A DNA stretch of 64,000 bases from Sphingomonadales bacterium (GCA_031376385.1 JANMDQ010000018.1:12673-76672), one strand, 5' to 3'; positions 1 through 12,152 are shown, numbered from the stretch's first letter. Notes: generated by a model not told the origin, from the sequence alone. Numbers and translations are program-made.

Positions 1-231
1 AACCCCCGCACCGAAGATCCTGCCCTTATCCGCCGCGCGATCATGGTGGCGGCTGTTGGGGCCACTGAAATTGGCGACCGGCGCGAAGCCATTGATACTG
101 CGATAGATCATGCCGGTGCGGACGACATTGTTCTGATTGCAGGCAAGGGCCATGAAACGGGCCAAGAGGTGAATGGCCTCAAACTGCCGTTCAACGATGT
201 CGAAGTCGCGCGGGAATGTGCCGCATGGTAA
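1..231 (+). CDS. murE: UDP-MurNAc-tripeptide synthetase MurE, C-terminal fragment (5' truncated by window)
   Basis: Frame open from base 1: NPRTEDP (DNPR motif) ... [10 protein letters not shown]; lies directly before murF. Confidence 0.93.
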   Translation, partial: NPRTEDPALIRRAIMVAAVGATEIGDRREAIDTAIDHAGADDIVLIAGKGHETGQEVNGLKLPFNDVEVARECAAW

Positions 232-1601
232 CTTTATGGACCTCCGCTGACATTGCGCAGGCGGTTGGCGGCAAAGCATCCGTTGATTTCGTTGTGACCG
301 GTGTTGCGTTCGATAGCCGCGAAGTGGGGCCGGGTGATTTGTTCATTGCGCTCACTGGCGAAGTGACAGACGGGCATAGGTTTGTTGACGGCGCATTTGC
401 CCAGGGTGCCGCTGGAGCGATTGTCTCGCAATCCGTCGCGCATCCCCGTGTCCTAGTCGCTGACACAACCGCGGCTTTGAACGCACTTGGCATTGCCAGC
501 CGCGCGCGCACCCAAGCACGGGTCGCGGGCGTGACGGGATCTGTTGGCAAAACAGGCGTTAAGGAGGCCCTCGCCGCTTCCCTTGCACGCGCCAACAAGG
601 GCCCGGTTCATCGATCAGTCAAAAGCTATAACAACCATACTGGCGTTCCCCTTAGCCTCGCACGGATGCCGTTGGACAGTGCGTTTGCTGTGCTGGAAAT
701 GGGAATGAACCATAGCGGGGAAATCGCCGCGCTCACGCAGATGGTTCGGCCCCATGTCGCGATCATTACAGCGATTGCGCCAGCCCACATCGAAAACCTC
801 GGCTCTATTGAGGCCATCGCTGACGCAAAGGCAGAGATTTTTGGCGGTCTCGAACCCGGCGGTACCGCAATCATCCCGTTCGACAGCCCTCAGTTCGCGC
901 GCCTAGCGGCCGCAGCCCAATCGGCTGGCGCGAAAATTGTGACGTTTGGACGCAGCGAAGGCGCGGATGTCTGCCCGCTGGATGTCGTGGAAACCGATAC
1001 TGGCACCATGATTATGGCGCGCGTGGGCGATGTTGAATTATCTTTCACGCTTGTTTATCCCGGCGATCATTGGGTCTCAAACGCAATGGCTATCCTTGCG
1101 GCCGTTCAGGCGATGGGTGGAGATTTGGCGGCGGCTGGTCTGGCACTGGGTGAAATGGAGGGACTGGCCGGACGCGGCGCGCGCCACCGTGTCGCGACAC
1201 CGGACGGCGGCACTGCGACTATCATCGACGAAAGCTATAATGCCAATTCAGCGTCCATGGCCGCCACGCTGGCTGTGCTAGGGGCAACCCCTGCAACGCG
1301 CCGGATTGCCGTGTTGGGCGAAATGCGCGAACTGGGTGCGCAGAGCGAAGCGCTTCACGGCGGCCTTGCCGATCCAATTACGCAAGCGGGCGTGGATTTT
1401 GCTCTGCTGGTCGGCCCCGCCATGCGTCCTCTTGCAGTGGCGCTTGAGGGCAAGTGTGAAACCCGCCATGTGGCAGACGCCGCCGCGGCGCTTGAGCTTT
1501 TGATGACCGAGCTTTCCGGCGGCGACACCATCCTGATCAAGGGTTCGAATGCGGTTGGCCTCAGCCAGATCGTATCCGCACTCATAAGTGGAACACACTG
1601 A
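225..1601 (+). CDS. murF: UDP-MurNAc-pentapeptide synthetase MurF
   Basis: [10 protein letters not shown]-loop, [24 protein letters not shown]; ATG at 225 overlaps the murE 3' end. Confidence 0.96.
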   Translation: MVTLWTSADIAQAVGGKASVDFVVTGVAFDSREVGPGDLFIALTGEVTDGHRFVDGAFAQGAAGAIVSQSVAHPRVLVADTTAALNALGIASRARTQARVAGVTGSVGKTGVKEALAASLARANKGPVHRSVKSYNNHTGVPLSLARMPLDSAFAVLEMGMNHSGEIAALTQMVRPHVAIITAIAPAHIENLGSIEAIADAKAEIFGGLEPGGTAIIPFDSPQFARLAAAAQSAGAKIVTFGRSEGADVCPLDVVETDTGTMIMARVGDVELSFTLVYPGDHWVSNAMAILAAVQAMGGDLAAAGLALGEMEGLAGRGARHRVATPDGGTATIIDESYNANSASMAATLAVLGATPATRRIAVLGEMRELGAQSEALHGGLADPITQAGVDFALLVGPAMRPLAVALEGKCETRHVADAAAALELLMTELSGGDTILIKGSNAVGLSQIVSALISGTH

Positions 1602-2671
1602 TGCTTTACGAAATCGCACATTATCTGGGGTTTCCGGGTGTCTCTCGGCTCCTGCAGTTTCTTTCCTTTCGCACAGGGGGTGCCGTGGCGACGGCGCTGG
1701 TCATTGGCTTGTTGATCGGTCCCAAATTCATTGGCTGGTTGCGGGTGCGACAGGGTAAGGGGCAGCCGATCCGTGATGATGGGCCGCAATCGCACCTCGC
1801 CAAAGTTGGCACGCCCACGATGGGCGGCCTGATGATTCTGACGTCCATCGGCATATCGATGCTGTTGTGGATGGACCTCAGCAATCTCTACGTGCTTGCG
1901 TGCCTTTTGGTTCTCGCGGGCTTTGGTTTGGTTGGTTTTGTGGATGATTATGACAAGGTCAAAAAACGCAGTCACAAGGGCATTTCTGGACGGTCGCGAC
2001 TGGCGCTGGAATTTCTGATTGCCGGCGCTGCGGTAACCCTAATCGTATGGAAATCGGGCGGCAATCTCTATGTGCCGTTTGTCAATGGGCCAGTTGCTGA
2101 TCTGGGCTGGTTCTACGTGCCCTTTGGTGCCTTCGTGATCGTTGCGTTCGGCAATTCGGTCAACCTGACGGACGGGCTGGACGGCCTGGCCACGATGCCG
2201 GTCATCATTGCGTCCATTGCGTTCATGATGATTGCCTATCTTGTTGGTAACGCAAAATATTCTGAATATCTGGGCATCCCCTTCATTCTGGGGGCAGGGG
2301 ATTTGTCGATCCTGTGCGGCGCGATTGTGGGCGCGGGGCTCGCGTTCTTGTGGTTCAATGCGCCGCCTGCGTCTGTGTTCATGGGCGACACGGGCAGCCT
2401 CGCGCTGGGCGGCGTTCTGGGCACGATATCGGTTGTCGCGCATCATGAATTTGTGCTGGCGATCATCGGCGGCTTGTTTGTTGTCGAGGCGCTGTCCGTC
2501 ATCATTCAGGTCTTCTGGTTCAAACGGACAGGAAGGCGCGTGTTTCGTATGGCGCCCATTCATCATCATTTCGAGCAAATGGGATGGTCAGAGCCAACAG
2601 TCGTCATCCGATTCTGGATCGTCTCTTTCGTGCTGGCCTTGGCTGGCCTTTCAACATTGAAGCTGCGGTGA
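1601..2671 (+). CDS. mraY: Phospho-MurNAc-pentapeptide transferase MraY
   Basis: [37 protein letters not shown]; multi-pass membrane protein. Confidence 0.98.
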   Translation: MLYEIAHYLGFPGVSRLLQFLSFRTGGAVATALVIGLLIGPKFIGWLRVRQGKGQPIRDDGPQSHLAKVGTPTMGGLMILTSIGISMLLWMDLSNLYVLACLLVLAGFGLVGFVDDYDKVKKRSHKGISGRSRLALEFLIAGAAVTLIVWKSGGNLYVPFVNGPVADLGWFYVPFGAFVIVAFGNSVNLTDGLDGLATMPVIIASIAFMMIAYLVGNAKYSEYLGIPFILGAGDLSILCGAIVGAGLAFLWFNAPPASVFMGDTGSLALGGVLGTISVVAHHEFVLAIIGGLFVVEALSVIIQVFWFKRTGRRVFRMAPIHHHFEQMGWSEPTVVIRFWIVSFVLALAGLSTLKLR

Positions 2672-3954
2672 TTACAAGTCCCGCCTTTCGCGGTAAACGC
2701 TATGCGGTGCTCGGGCTGGCGAGGTCTGGCATTGCCACGGTGCGCGCATTGCTGGCGAGTGGCGGCGAGGTTGTGGCTTGGGATGAGCGGGAAAAGGCAC
2801 GTGCCGGACTTGGTGAAGTGGAAGGGCTTTTCTTTGCCGACCCGATGACCATTGATCTGAGCGGCTTCGACGGCATTGTTGTGTCGCCTGGCGTGCCGAT
2901 CAACCGGCATCCCATTGCTGGTGCAGCGCGGGTCGCCAATGTGCCTCTCATTGGTGACATCGAACTGTTTTCAATGGCTCGCGCCACTTTGCCTTTGCAC
3001 AAAGTGGTTGGCATCACAGGAACAAACGGCAAATCGACCACGACCGCGCTCATACATCACATCCTGAAAACGGCGGGTGTTCCGACGATGATGGGCGGCA
3101 ACATCGGCCTGCCTATTTTGGCGCAGCAGCCGCTACCGGAAGGCGGCGTCTACGTGCTGGAACTGTCGAGCTTCCAGATCGACCTGACCTATTCGCTCGA
3201 TTGCGATGTGGCGGTGCTGCTGAACATCACGCCGGATCATCTCGATCGGTACGATGGGTTTGAGGCTTATGCGGCTAGCAAAAGAAGATTGTTTGAAATG
3301 CAATCATCCGATCATCCAATCGCGGTTTCAACGAGCACGCAAACGGCGCTTGATCAGTTGAACGGATTTGACAGGACGATCTGGAGAATGTCGCCCGACA
3401 TCGATGAACCGTTGCAGGCAAACTGGCCGTCGCTTCAAGGACCGCATAACCTGGAAAACGCTCAACTTGCGCGTATTACATGCTGGTGCCTCGGCCTTAA
3501 CCATATCCAGATCAACAACGCATTAGCGACCTACCCTGGTCTGCCGCACCGCATGGAACGATCCGCCGAAATCAACGGCGTCCTTTACGTCAATGACAGC
3601 AAGGCCACCAACGCGACATCAACCGCGCCTGCGCTTGCAGCCTATCCGGCGATCCACTGGATCCTCGGTGGGCGCGCCAAGACCAATGAGCTTGATGCCT
3701 GTGCGCCGCATTTCGGCAACGTCCGCGCGGCCTATACGATTGGCGAATCAGGCGCGATGTTTGCGGAGCTTCTTTCACCGCATATGCCAACGCAAAACTG
3801 CGTCACGTTAGAGGTGGCGGTTGAGGCCGCGCGCGCCGCAGCGCAACCCGGTGAAGTGGTTCTTCTCTCCCCCGCCTGCGCATCCTTTGACCAGTTCAAA
3901 GATTTTGAAGCACGCGGCGAAGCATTTCGTTCGTTAGTGGAGGCCTTGGCATGA
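2668..3954 (+). CDS. murD: UDP-MurNAc-L-Ala-D-Glu ligase MurD
   Basis: [44 protein letters not shown]; GTG start overlaps mraY TGA (GTGA). Confidence 0.96.
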   Translation: MITSPAFRGKRYAVLGLARSGIATVRALLASGGEVVAWDEREKARAGLGEVEGLFFADPMTIDLSGFDGIVVSPGVPINRHPIAGAARVANVPLIGDIELFSMARATLPLHKVVGITGTNGKSTTTALIHHILKTAGVPTMMGGNIGLPILAQQPLPEGGVYVLELSSFQIDLTYSLDCDVAVLLNITPDHLDRYDGFEAYAASKRRLFEMQSSDHPIAVSTSTQTALDQLNGFDRTIWRMSPDIDEPLQANWPSLQGPHNLENAQLARITCWCLGLNHIQINNALATYPGLPHRMERSAEINGVLYVNDSKATNATSTAPALAAYPAIHWILGGRAKTNELDACAPHFGNVRAAYTIGESGAMFAELLSPHMPTQNCVTLEVAVEAARAAAQPGEVVLLSPACASFDQFKDFEARGEAFRSLVEALA

Positions 3955-5168
3955 CGACAGCAACTGCCCCTGTGACGCCCGCACCTGCACGTCCGCGTGG
4001 AAAAGTGGCGGCGCGATTGGGTCGTGCTGACCGTTCGGCCTCAGGCTTGTGGTTCTGGGAAATCGACCGCGTTCTCTTGACGCTGGTGATTGTTCTCCTG
4101 TCGATTGGCCTGGTCGCCATCGCTGCGGCTTCGCCTGCCACGGCACAGCGCTATTCCGGCGGCAGCGTCACGATTTCGCCTTTGCTCTATTTCTGGAAGC
4201 AATTGATCTGGGTTGGAATTGGAGTGCCGGTGATGATCGTCGTTTCGATGATGCCGCATAAGCTGGCGCGGCGTTTTGCGATGGGCGGTGCGGCATTTTT
4301 TAGCGTCTTCATCGCTGTTGCCCCCATGATTGGCATGGAAGTCAACGGCGCAACGCGCTGGATCGATGTGGGCATTGGCCAGTTTCAACCTTCCGAATTC
4401 TTTAAACCCTTTTACATCGTGACGCTGGCCTGGTTCTTGTCACTGCGCGCAAACGATCCTGATCTGCCGGTCTTTGCGCTGTCGGGATTCATCACAGTGG
4501 CCATCGCTGGCTTCCTGATGCTCCAGCCCGATTTTGGTCAGACGATTATCTTGCTGACCATGTGGATGGCGATGGTCATGATCGCGGGCATCCCCGGACG
4601 TTTCATCACCATGCTGCTGGGCAGCGGCGTTTGCTTTGTCTTGCTGGCCTATGTCACTTATCCGGTCGCCACGACGCGGATCAATAACTTCCTGTTTGGG
4701 GACGGGGACAGTTATCAAGTCGATATGGCCCACGCGACGATCAGCGGCGGAGGGTTCCTTGGCACCGGCCCGGGCGGCGGCGTTCACAAATTCCGTCTTC
4801 CAGAGGCCCATACTGATTATATCTTCTCTGTCATCGGCGAAGAGTTTGGCTTGATTGCCTGTATGGCCGTGGCGTTCGTATTCCTTGCCATAGCGGTCCG
4901 CGTGTTTCTGCGATTGCTTGATGAGGAAGATGGTTTCATCATCCTTGCAGCTGGCGGCCTTGCAATGGAAGTCGTTGTGCAGTCCATGATCAACATGGCG
5001 GTGAACGTCGGAATTGCGCCTTCCAAGGGCATGACACTGCCTTTCGTCAGCTACGGCGGATCGTCGATGCTCGCGCTGTGTATTGGCTGGGGTTTGCTCC
5101 TCGCCTTCACGCGCAAAAACCCCTATCTTGGTCGCTCACCCTATGTGGTCAAATGGAGGGATAAATGA
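3951..5168 (+). CDS. ftsW: SEDS glycosyltransferase FtsW
   Basis: GATRWI, QPSEF, LQPDFG, LPEAHTDYIFS, LPFVSYGGSS. Confidence 0.96.
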   Translation: MTTATAPVTPAPARPRGKVAARLGRADRSASGLWFWEIDRVLLTLVIVLLSIGLVAIAAASPATAQRYSGGSVTISPLLYFWKQLIWVGIGVPVMIVVSMMPHKLARRFAMGGAAFFSVFIAVAPMIGMEVNGATRWIDVGIGQFQPSEFFKPFYIVTLAWFLSLRANDPDLPVFALSGFITVAIAGFLMLQPDFGQTIILLTMWMAMVMIAGIPGRFITMLLGSGVCFVLLAYVTYPVATTRINNFLFGDGDSYQVDMAHATISGGGFLGTGPGGGVHKFRLPEAHTDYIFSVIGEEFGLIACMAVAFVFLAIAVRVFLRLLDEEDGFIILAAGGLAMEVVVQSMINMAVNVGIAPSKGMTLPFVSYGGSSMLALCIGWGLLLAFTRKNPYLGRSPYVVKWRDK

Positions 5169-6325
5169 GCGTCAAGCGGCATTACGTATTGGCAGCAGGC
5201 GGCACTGGCGGGCATATGATGCCGGCCCACGCCCTAGCTGTTGAACTGATGGAGCGCGGCCATCATGTTGCGCTTATTACGGATGAGCGCGGTGCGAAAA
5301 TCCCTGGGCTGTTTGAAGGCGTTCCCGTCCACATCCTTCCTGCGGGTCGCATGGGCAGCAATCCGCTGAGCCTGTTCCGCGCGGCGCGCGCGATCTGGGC
5401 AGGAAGAGGGATGGCGCTGCGGCTCTACGAAACATTTCAGCCGAGCGCCGTGATTGGATTTGGTGGCTATCCCGCACTTCCGGCGTTGCTGGCCGCATTC
5501 AAAGCCAAAGTGCCTACCGCAATCCACGAACAAAATGCAGTGCTGGGTCGCGTCAATCGCTACGTCGCGGGTAAGGTTAACGCGATTGCGCTTGGCTTTC
5601 CGGCTGTCCAGCGTTTGAAGCCGCGCGATGCCGGCAAGACCCACGTCGTTGGCAATCCCGTTCGCCCGGAAGTGCTCGCTTTGCGAGACCAACCCTATCC
5701 AGCGATTGACGGCGAAGGTGTGCTGCGGGTGATGGTCATTGGCGGCAGTCAAGGCGCTTCGATCCTGTCTGAAATTGTTCCAGATGGCCTCGCGATGCTT
5801 CCCCCCAGCCTCAAACGCCGTCTGCAAGTCACCCAGCAATGTCGCCCCGAAGATATCGATGCCGTGCGCAAACGCTATGCCGACCTTGCCATTCCCGCAG
5901 ACTTGGCGACTTATATGGAGGACATGCCGGAGCGACTGGCCTGGACGCACCTCATGATTGCGCGGTCCGGCGCGTCAACCATTGCAGAATTGACTGCCGC
6001 TGGCCGTCCGGCAATTTTTGTGCCCTTGCCCAGTGCCACTGACGATCATCAGACGTTCAACACGGCTGAAATGGTTGAATCCGGCGGCGCACGGATGATC
6101 CATCAGCGCAATTTCACGCCTGTCGAGCTTGCCAAGCAAATGCAGAAACTGGGCCTAGAAACCGAAGGGCTGATCGTGGCGGCGAAGCGCGCCTGGACCT
6201 GCGGGCGGCCCCATGCGGCAAAGGACTTGGCGGATATTGTCGAAGGCCTTAGCAAGCCCCCGGTGCAGGACGGCCTTGGCGCAGAAGGCTGGCAGGGCGG
6301 CACTCTTGCCGGGGCAAGCGCATGA
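5165..6325 (+). CDS. murG: GlcNAc transferase MurG
   Basis: AGGTGGH, GFGGY, HEQN, GGSQGA, RSGAST. Confidence 0.97.
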   Translation: MSVKRHYVLAAGGTGGHMMPAHALAVELMERGHHVALITDERGAKIPGLFEGVPVHILPAGRMGSNPLSLFRAARAIWAGRGMALRLYETFQPSAVIGFGGYPALPALLAAFKAKVPTAIHEQNAVLGRVNRYVAGKVNAIALGFPAVQRLKPRDAGKTHVVGNPVRPEVLALRDQPYPAIDGEGVLRVMVIGGSQGASILSEIVPDGLAMLPPSLKRRLQVTQQCRPEDIDAVRKRYADLAIPADLATYMEDMPERLAWTHLMIARSGASTIAELTAAGRPAIFVPLPSATDDHQTFNTAEMVESGGARMIHQRNFTPVELAKQMQKLGLETEGLIVAAKRAWTCGRPHAAKDLADIVEGLSKPPVQDGLGAEGWQGGTLAGASA

Positions 6326-7731
6326 ACGGCGTCGGAACCGATATTGGCACGATCCACTTCATCGGCATTGGCGGCATCGGCATGTCGGGTATTGCCGAAG
6401 TGATGCACAATATGGGCTATAAGGTGCAAGGCACTGACATTGCCGAAGGCTATGTGGTGGAAGGCCTGCGCAAGCGAGGCATCCCTGTGATGATTGGTCA
6501 TGACGCGACGAACTTGGGCGACGCGGCTGTTGTCGTGACGTCCACTGCAGTCAGCCGGAAAACCAACCCCGAAGTGGAAGCCGCTTATGAGCGCCGCATA
6601 CCAGTGGTGCGCCGCGCGGAAATGCTCGCTGAACTGATGCGGCTAAAACGCACAGTCGCCGTTGCGGGCACTCACGGGAAAACGACGACGACATCCATGA
6701 TTGCAGCGATGCTGGATGCTGGCGGGATTGACCCCACTGTCATCAACGGCGGGATTATCAACCAATATGGCTCCAACGCGCGTCTCGGTGATAGCGACTG
6801 GATGGTGGTTGAGGCCGATGAAAGCGACGGCAGTTTCCTGCGGCTTGATGGCACCATAGCCATCGTGACGAATATCGATCCCGAACATCTTGATCATTAC
6901 GGCGATTTTGACGGGGCAAAGAAAGCCTATGTCGAGTTCATCGAAAATGTGCCGTTTTACGGCGTGGCGATCCTTTGCCTAGATCACCCTGAAGTGCAGG
7001 CCATCATCCCGCGCATCCGGGACCGGCGGATCACGACTTACGGCTTTGCGGCGCAGGCGGATATCCGGGGCGAAAATGTCACGCCCGTTCCCGGCGGCAA
7101 CCAGTTCGATGTCGTCGTGCGGTCGCGCGACGGTGTCCAACGCACGATTAGCGAAATCATACTTCCCATGCCCGGACGGCATAATGTGCAGAACGCGTTG
7201 TCGGCTATTGCAGTTGGCCTTGAAATGGGGATGAGCGACGCGGACGTTGCACGCGGATTTGCCAATTTTGGCGGCGTCAAACGGCGCTTTACCAAGGTGG
7301 GCGAAATGGATGGTATTACCGTGATCGATGATTACGGCCACCACCCTGTTGAAATCCGTGCCGTGCTTTCAGCGGCACGTGAAGGGGCTACGGGCCGCGT
7401 TATCGCCGTCTGCCAACCGCACCGCTATTCGCGTCTTGGCGGATTGATGGAGGAATTTGCGACAGCCTTTAACGATGCAGACATGGTCTACATTGCGCCT
7501 GTTTATGCCGCTGGCGAAGCGCCGATTGAAGGCGTGGATGCAGCTGCACTTGTTGGCAAAATCAAACGGCGCGGGCATTATTCCGCAAGCGAAGTCGCCG
7601 ACGCGGCAGAACTGGCGCGGGTGATTGCCGACGTTGCTAAGCCTGGCGACACAGTTGTGTGTCTGGGGGCCGGGGATATCACGAAATGGGCCGCTGGGCT
7701 CGCTGATGCCGTCCGCGGGGTGCGGGGATGA
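6322..7731 (+). CDS. murC: UDP-MurNAc-L-Ala ligase MurC
   Basis: [32 protein letters not shown]. Confidence 0.98.
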   Translation: MNGVGTDIGTIHFIGIGGIGMSGIAEVMHNMGYKVQGTDIAEGYVVEGLRKRGIPVMIGHDATNLGDAAVVVTSTAVSRKTNPEVEAAYERRIPVVRRAEMLAELMRLKRTVAVAGTHGKTTTTSMIAAMLDAGGIDPTVINGGIINQYGSNARLGDSDWMVVEADESDGSFLRLDGTIAIVTNIDPEHLDHYGDFDGAKKAYVEFIENVPFYGVAILCLDHPEVQAIIPRIRDRRITTYGFAAQADIRGENVTPVPGGNQFDVVVRSRDGVQRTISEIILPMPGRHNVQNALSAIAVGLEMGMSDADVARGFANFGGVKRRFTKVGEMDGITVIDDYGHHPVEIRAVLSAAREGATGRVIAVCQPHRYSRLGGLMEEFATAFNDADMVYIAPVYAAGEAPIEGVDAAALVGKIKRRGHYSASEVADAAELARVIADVAKPGDTVVCLGAGDITKWAAGLADAVRGVRG

Positions 7732-8726
7732 GTTGTGAACGCGGCACTTTACTCCCCTCCCCTTCAGGGGAGGGGTTGGGGGTGGGGAGTGCCCAACACT
7801 CTGCGCTCGACGTGACACTCCCCACCCCAACCCCTCCCCTGAAAGGGAGGGGCTTAGTGCGAGGCAAACTCACCCCCAACGCCCCGCTCGCCCCACTGGT
7901 CTGGTTCAAATCGGGCGGGCGCGCAGAGTGGTTGTTCGAACCCAAAGACACAGCTGACTTGCAACATTTCTTGCGCACTCTTGATCCTGCCGTGCCTGTC
8001 ATGGCGTTGGGCCTGGGTTCAAACTTGATCGTCCGCGATGGCGGCGTGCCCGGCGTTGTCGTGCGGCTGGGCAAAGCTTTTGGGGCGGTTGCGCCGCAGG
8101 ACGATTTCGTCCTGTCTTGCGGGGGCGGGGCGTCTGGCATTCTTGTGTCATCGACTGCGCGCGACGCAGGCATTGCGGGCCTTGAATTTCTGCGATCCAT
8201 CCCTGGCACGGTCGGGGGCTTCGTGCGCATGAACGGCGGCGCTTACGGGCGTGAGACGAAGGACATCCTTCTCGAGTGCGATCTTGTTCTCCGGTCGGGG
8301 GACATAGTGACGCTGTCGGCCGATGACCTTGGTTACACTTATCGCCATTCTGAACTGCCCGCAGGAGCGATTGTTGTTGCGGCCCGGTTTCAAGGCCAGG
8401 CTGGCGTTTCTGCCGCCATTCAGGAGGAAATGGACCGCATTTCTGCCGGCCGTGAAGCGTCCCAACCGCTCAGATCCAAAACCGGCGGATCGACCTTCAA
8501 GAATCCTGAAGGTCACAAGGCCTGGGAACTGGTTGACGCGGCGGGATGTCGAGGCCTGCAAATCGGTGGTGCGCAGGTTTCAGAAAAGCACACCAATTTC
8601 CTGATCAACACAGGCGACGCGACCAGTGCGGATATCGAGGCGCTGGGCGATGAAATCCGCGCACGCGTGCTGGCCGCGTCCGGGGTGGAATTGCAGTGGG
8701 AAATTCAACGGGTGGGGGTGAAATGA
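7728..8726 (+). CDS. murB: UDP-GlcNAc-enolpyruvate reductase MurB, with a palindrome-encoded N-terminal insert
   Basis: [37 protein letters not shown]; ATGA overlap with murC; alternative in-frame GTG start at 7857. Confidence 0.95.
   Translation: MSCERGTLLPSPSGEGLGVGSAQHSALDVTLPTPTPPLKGRGLVRGKLTPNAPLAPLVWFKSGGRAEWLFEPKDTADLQHFLRTLDPAVPVMALGLGSNLIVRDGGVPGVVVRLGKAFGAVAPQDDFVLSCGGGASGILVSSTARDAGIAGLEFLRSIPGTVGGFVRMNGGAYGRETKDILLECDLVLRSGDIVTLSADDLGYTYRHSELPAGAIVVAARFQGQAGVSAAIQEEMDRISAGREASQPLRSKTGGSTFKNPEGHKAWELVDAAGCRGLQIGGAQVSEKHTNFLINTGDATSADIEALGDEIRARVLAASGVELQWEIQRVGVK
7754..7852. repeat. REP-like nested inverted repeat (family A) inside the murB 5' region
   Basis: Arms 7754-7791 and 7816-7852 are reverse complements with one mismatch and one indel; each arm carries its own CCCCTCCC-N-GGGAGGGG hairpin. 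Confidence 0.9.
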
Positions 8727-8747
8727 TGATCCGTTGTTTAAAACTCA

Positions 8748-8837
8748 CCGTTCGAATTGAGCTTGTCGAAATGCTCCCTTCTCGCTGTGTAACCAAAAAT
8801 CAGAAAGGGAGGACTTCGACAGGCTCAGTCCGAACGG
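8748..8837. repeat. REP-like inverted repeat (family B) in the murB-ddl spacer
   Basis: ccgttcgaattgagcttgtcgaaatgctccctt ... aagggaggacttcgacaggctcagtccgaacgg form an imperfect long stem. Confidence 0.85.
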
Positions 8838-8864
8838 CGTTTTTGGGGTTGACGGAGATTGCAG

Positions 8865-9791
8865 ATGACTAACGCCACCCTCATCCATGTCGCCGTCCTG
8901 ATGGGCGGATGGTCGAGCGAACGCTCGGTCTCGCTTTCCAGTGGCAATGGTATTGCTGAAGCGCTCGAACGCGTCGGCTACCACGTCACACGGATCGACA
9001 TGGATCGCGACATTGCGCTGCGCCTCTTTGAGATCAAGCCAGATGTCGTTTTCAATGCGCTCCACGGCACGCCCGGCGAAGACGGCACGGTGCAGGGCAT
9101 GATGGACCTGATGGGCATCAAATATACGCACAGCGGCCTCGCCACATCCGTCATCGCGATTGACAAACAGCTGACCAAACAGGCGCTGACGCCGCACGGC
9201 ATCCGGATGCCTGGCGGCCATATTGTGAAAAGCGAAAGCCTGTATCTCAGCGACCCGCTGCCGCGCCCTTATGTGCTCAAGCCTGTCAATGAAGGCTCTT
9301 CTGTTGGCGTCGCGATTGTGACGAAGGAAAGCAATTACGGTGATCCCATCGGTCGTGATGCCGCGGGGCCTTGGCAGACCTTTGATGAATTGCTGGCTGA
9401 ACCGTTTATCCGCGGCCGCGAATTGACCGTCGCCGTGCTGGGCGACCGCGCGCTGTGCGTCACAGAATTGCAGCCTAAAACCGGCTTTTATGATTTTGAT
9501 GCCAAATATACCGACGGAATGACGGATCATATCTGCCCGGCAAACATCCCAGCCGATGTCGCCACTGCGATGATGGAAATGGCGTTGAAGGGCCACCGCG
9601 TGCTGGGCTGCAATGGCACGTCTCGGTCAGACTTTCGCTGGGATGATGAAAAGGGTGTCGAAGGCGTCTTCCTTCTCGAAATCAATACGCAGCCCGGCAT
9701 GACGCCCCTAAGCTTGGTGCCCGAACAGGCCAAGCAGATGGGCATATCTTACGAACAATTGGTCGATATCATCGTGAAGGACGCCCTCTAA
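8865..9791 (+). CDS. ddl: D-alanine-D-alanine ligase
   Basis: GGWSSERSVSL, ALHGTPGEDG, KPVNEGSSVG, EINTQPGMT. Confidence 0.97.
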   Translation: MTNATLIHVAVLMGGWSSERSVSLSSGNGIAEALERVGYHVTRIDMDRDIALRLFEIKPDVVFNALHGTPGEDGTVQGMMDLMGIKYTHSGLATSVIAIDKQLTKQALTPHGIRMPGGHIVKSESLYLSDPLPRPYVLKPVNEGSSVGVAIVTKESNYGDPIGRDAAGPWQTFDELLAEPFIRGRELTVAVLGDRALCVTELQPKTGFYDFDAKYTDGMTDHICPANIPADVATAMMEMALKGHRVLGCNGTSRSDFRWDDEKGVEGVFLLEINTQPGMTPLSLVPEQAKQMGISYEQLVDIIVKDAL

Positions 9792-10738
9792 TGGCCACGC
9801 GAACAGCAACACGAGTGCCAAGCCGTACCAAAGTCACGCGCAAACCTGCACGCAAGGGCACGGCGAAGCGTGTCCGCGGAAAGGGCAAGTCCTGGTTTCC
9901 CAAAATGACGTTCCTCGACCGCGTTCCCGTGAGCGAACGGTTCATTGACCGGGCGATCACGGGATTGACGGTTGGGATCATCGGATTGGCGGCAGTCGGT
10001 TTTGCCTGGGTATCCGGGTTGCCGGGATATGTCGGCACCGAGTTAGCGCAGGCCGCGGGACGTGCAGGCTTCGCTGTCAAGCGGGTAGAACTGACCGGGC
10101 TCGACCGGATGGACCGGTTGACCGTCTATAATATTGCGCTGGATCAACATTCAATGGCCATGCCGTTGGTTGATTTGGAAAAGGTGCGCAGCCAGTTGAT
10201 GCGGTACGGCTGGGTGGAAGATGCGCGGGTATCGCGCCGTTTGCCCGATACGCTGGTGGTCGACATCGTGGAGCGCAAGCCCGCTGCAATTTGGCAGAAT
10301 AACAAGAAACTGAGCTTGATTGATGCGAAAGGTGTCGTCTTGGAAAGGGTCAATCCGGATACCATGCCAGCACTACCTGTCCTTGTGGGGGCAAATGCCA
10401 ATCGCGAAGCTGTCGCGCTCAATAGTCTGATCGCGCAGGCCCCCTCACTCAAATCCTCAATTACATCGGCGAGCTGGATCGGCAATCGGCGTTGGGACAT
10501 GCAATTCAAATCGGGCGAAATACTGGCACTCCCCGAAGGTGAAGAGGCCGCAGGAAAGGCGATGATGCGCTTTGCCAGGATAGACGGCGTCGAACGGCTG
10601 CTGGGACGGGGCTTTGTTCGTTTCGATATGCGAGATCCTAAGAAAATGGTCGTTCGTGTCGCCAAAAAGGATGCAGCAAAGGCTGAACCGGCACGCGCGG
10701 ATGCCGTCGCTGCGGCAAACAAGGGGAGTGACGGATAA
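9791..10738 (+). CDS. ftsQ: Cell division protein FtsQ
   Basis: Basic N-terminus, one TM, POTRA-like region (WVEDARVSRRLPDTL.V.IVERKP); position between ddl and ftsA. Confidence 0.92.
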   Translation: MATRTATRVPSRTKVTRKPARKGTAKRVRGKGKSWFPKMTFLDRVPVSERFIDRAITGLTVGIIGLAAVGFAWVSGLPGYVGTELAQAAGRAGFAVKRVELTGLDRMDRLTVYNIALDQHSMAMPLVDLEKVRSQLMRYGWVEDARVSRRLPDTLVVDIVERKPAAIWQNNKKLSLIDAKGVVLERVNPDTMPALPVLVGANANREAVALNSLIAQAPSLKSSITSASWIGNRRWDMQFKSGEILALPEGEEAAGKAMMRFARIDGVERLLGRGFVRFDMRDPKKMVVRVAKKDAAKAEPARADAVAAANKGSDG

Positions 10739-12000
10739 TGGCATATGCAAACACAGGATCACTGATCACTGCGTTGGACGTTGGATCATGGAAAGTCTCC
10801 GCCCTGATCGCAGAACGCGTCGAAGGCGGGGATATCCAGGTATTGGGCACGGGGCAGCGTGAAAGCAGGGGGGTGAAACGCGGTTACGTTGCCGATGTCG
10901 GCCTGACTGAACAGGCCGTGTGCGAGGCGATGGAGCAGGCCGAGCGCATGGCAGGCACCAACATAGAGGATGTTTGGGTGAGCTTTTCAGCAGGCGGATT
11001 GGCGAGCGACATTGCGTCGGTTGAGGTGGAGTTGGGTGGCCACCGGATTGAACAAGATGATATTGATGAACTGCTCGCTGCAGGCCGCAATACGCTTGAT
11101 CCCGATGGCCGGATGATTCTCCACGCGCAGCCGACGCTTTACACATTGGACGGTCTGACAGGCGTGAAACAACCACTGGGCTTGCACGCTGACACCCTCG
11201 GCGTAGATATTCATGTCGTGCTGGCGGACGGATCGCCCGTGCGCAATCTCGATCTGTCGGTCCGCAGCGCGCATTTGGACGTGAAGTCTATTGTCGCAGC
11301 TCCGGTGGCAACGGGCTATGCCTGCTTGTCTGAAGAAGAGCGCGAACTAGGTGTGGCCGTGATCGAAATGGGCGCAGGCATCACCAATGTGTCGCTCTTC
11401 ATTGGTGGGATGCTGGTTGGGTTGCAGTCCATCCCCTACGGCGCATCAGACATAACCGATGATATCGCGTCGGCCTTTGGAACGCGGCGGGATCAGGCGG
11501 AGCGGATGAAGTGCTTTTATGGTTCGGCGACTGCCTCTCCGCGTGACAATCATGACATGATTGATGTCGCGCCGATCTCTGCTGATGATGAAGCAGGCGA
11601 GGGGCACCGTATCACGCGGGCGCAGTTGATTGCAGTCATTCGCCAAAGGTTGGATCATTTAATGACGGAAGTATCGCGCGCACTCAAAGACCTTGGCTTT
11701 GCCGGCCCTGTCGGTCGTCAAGTGGTGTTGACCGGCGGTGGGGCGGATCTTCGCGGTATTGCAGATTATGCGCAAAGTGCGCTGGGTCGAGCTGTTCGCA
11801 TCGGTCGTCCGCGCGGGCTAGTAGGCTTGCCGCCAGCGCATAGCGGACCCGGTTTTGCGACGCTGGCTGGCCTTGTTCATTACGCTGCATCTAATCCTGT
11901 AGATCTTCGGGCTCTAATGCCAGACACGCAATTAGTGCATTCGGTGAAGAAAGAAGGATTTGTTCAACGGCTAGTCGCGGCCTTTAGAACTGGATATTGA
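10738..12000 (+). CDS. ftsA: Cell division protein FtsA
   Basis: ALDVGSWK, IEMGAGIT, VVLTGGG; C-terminal amphipathic helix. Confidence 0.96.
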   Translation: MAYANTGSLITALDVGSWKVSALIAERVEGGDIQVLGTGQRESRGVKRGYVADVGLTEQAVCEAMEQAERMAGTNIEDVWVSFSAGGLASDIASVEVELGGHRIEQDDIDELLAAGRNTLDPDGRMILHAQPTLYTLDGLTGVKQPLGLHADTLGVDIHVVLADGSPVRNLDLSVRSAHLDVKSIVAAPVATGYACLSEEERELGVAVIEMGAGITNVSLFIGGMLVGLQSIPYGASDITDDIASAFGTRRDQAERMKCFYGSATASPRDNHDMIDVAPISADDEAGEGHRITRAQLIAVIRQRLDHLMTEVSRALKDLGFAGPVGRQVVLTGGGADLRGIADYAQSALGRAVRIGRPRGLVGLPPAHSGPGFATLAGLVHYAASNPVDLRALMPDTQLVHSVKKEGFVQRLVAAFRTGY

Positions 12001-12152
12001 GGGTAGCATAGTTGTGACCCCCTTGATATTGGGGCGAACGATTCTAAAAACGCGGTGAATGGTTACTAATTCGCGTGATTGAAGTGTAGTGTTGGTGCAA
12101 GATGATTTTGGGGGGCGATTTCGCCCAGCAAAACTAGGTTGGGAGAAAGCAA

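Noticed and set aside
12001-12152. CtrA box in the ftsA-ftsZ spacer
   Set aside because: No TTAA-N7-TTAA match found; only degenerate half-sites.
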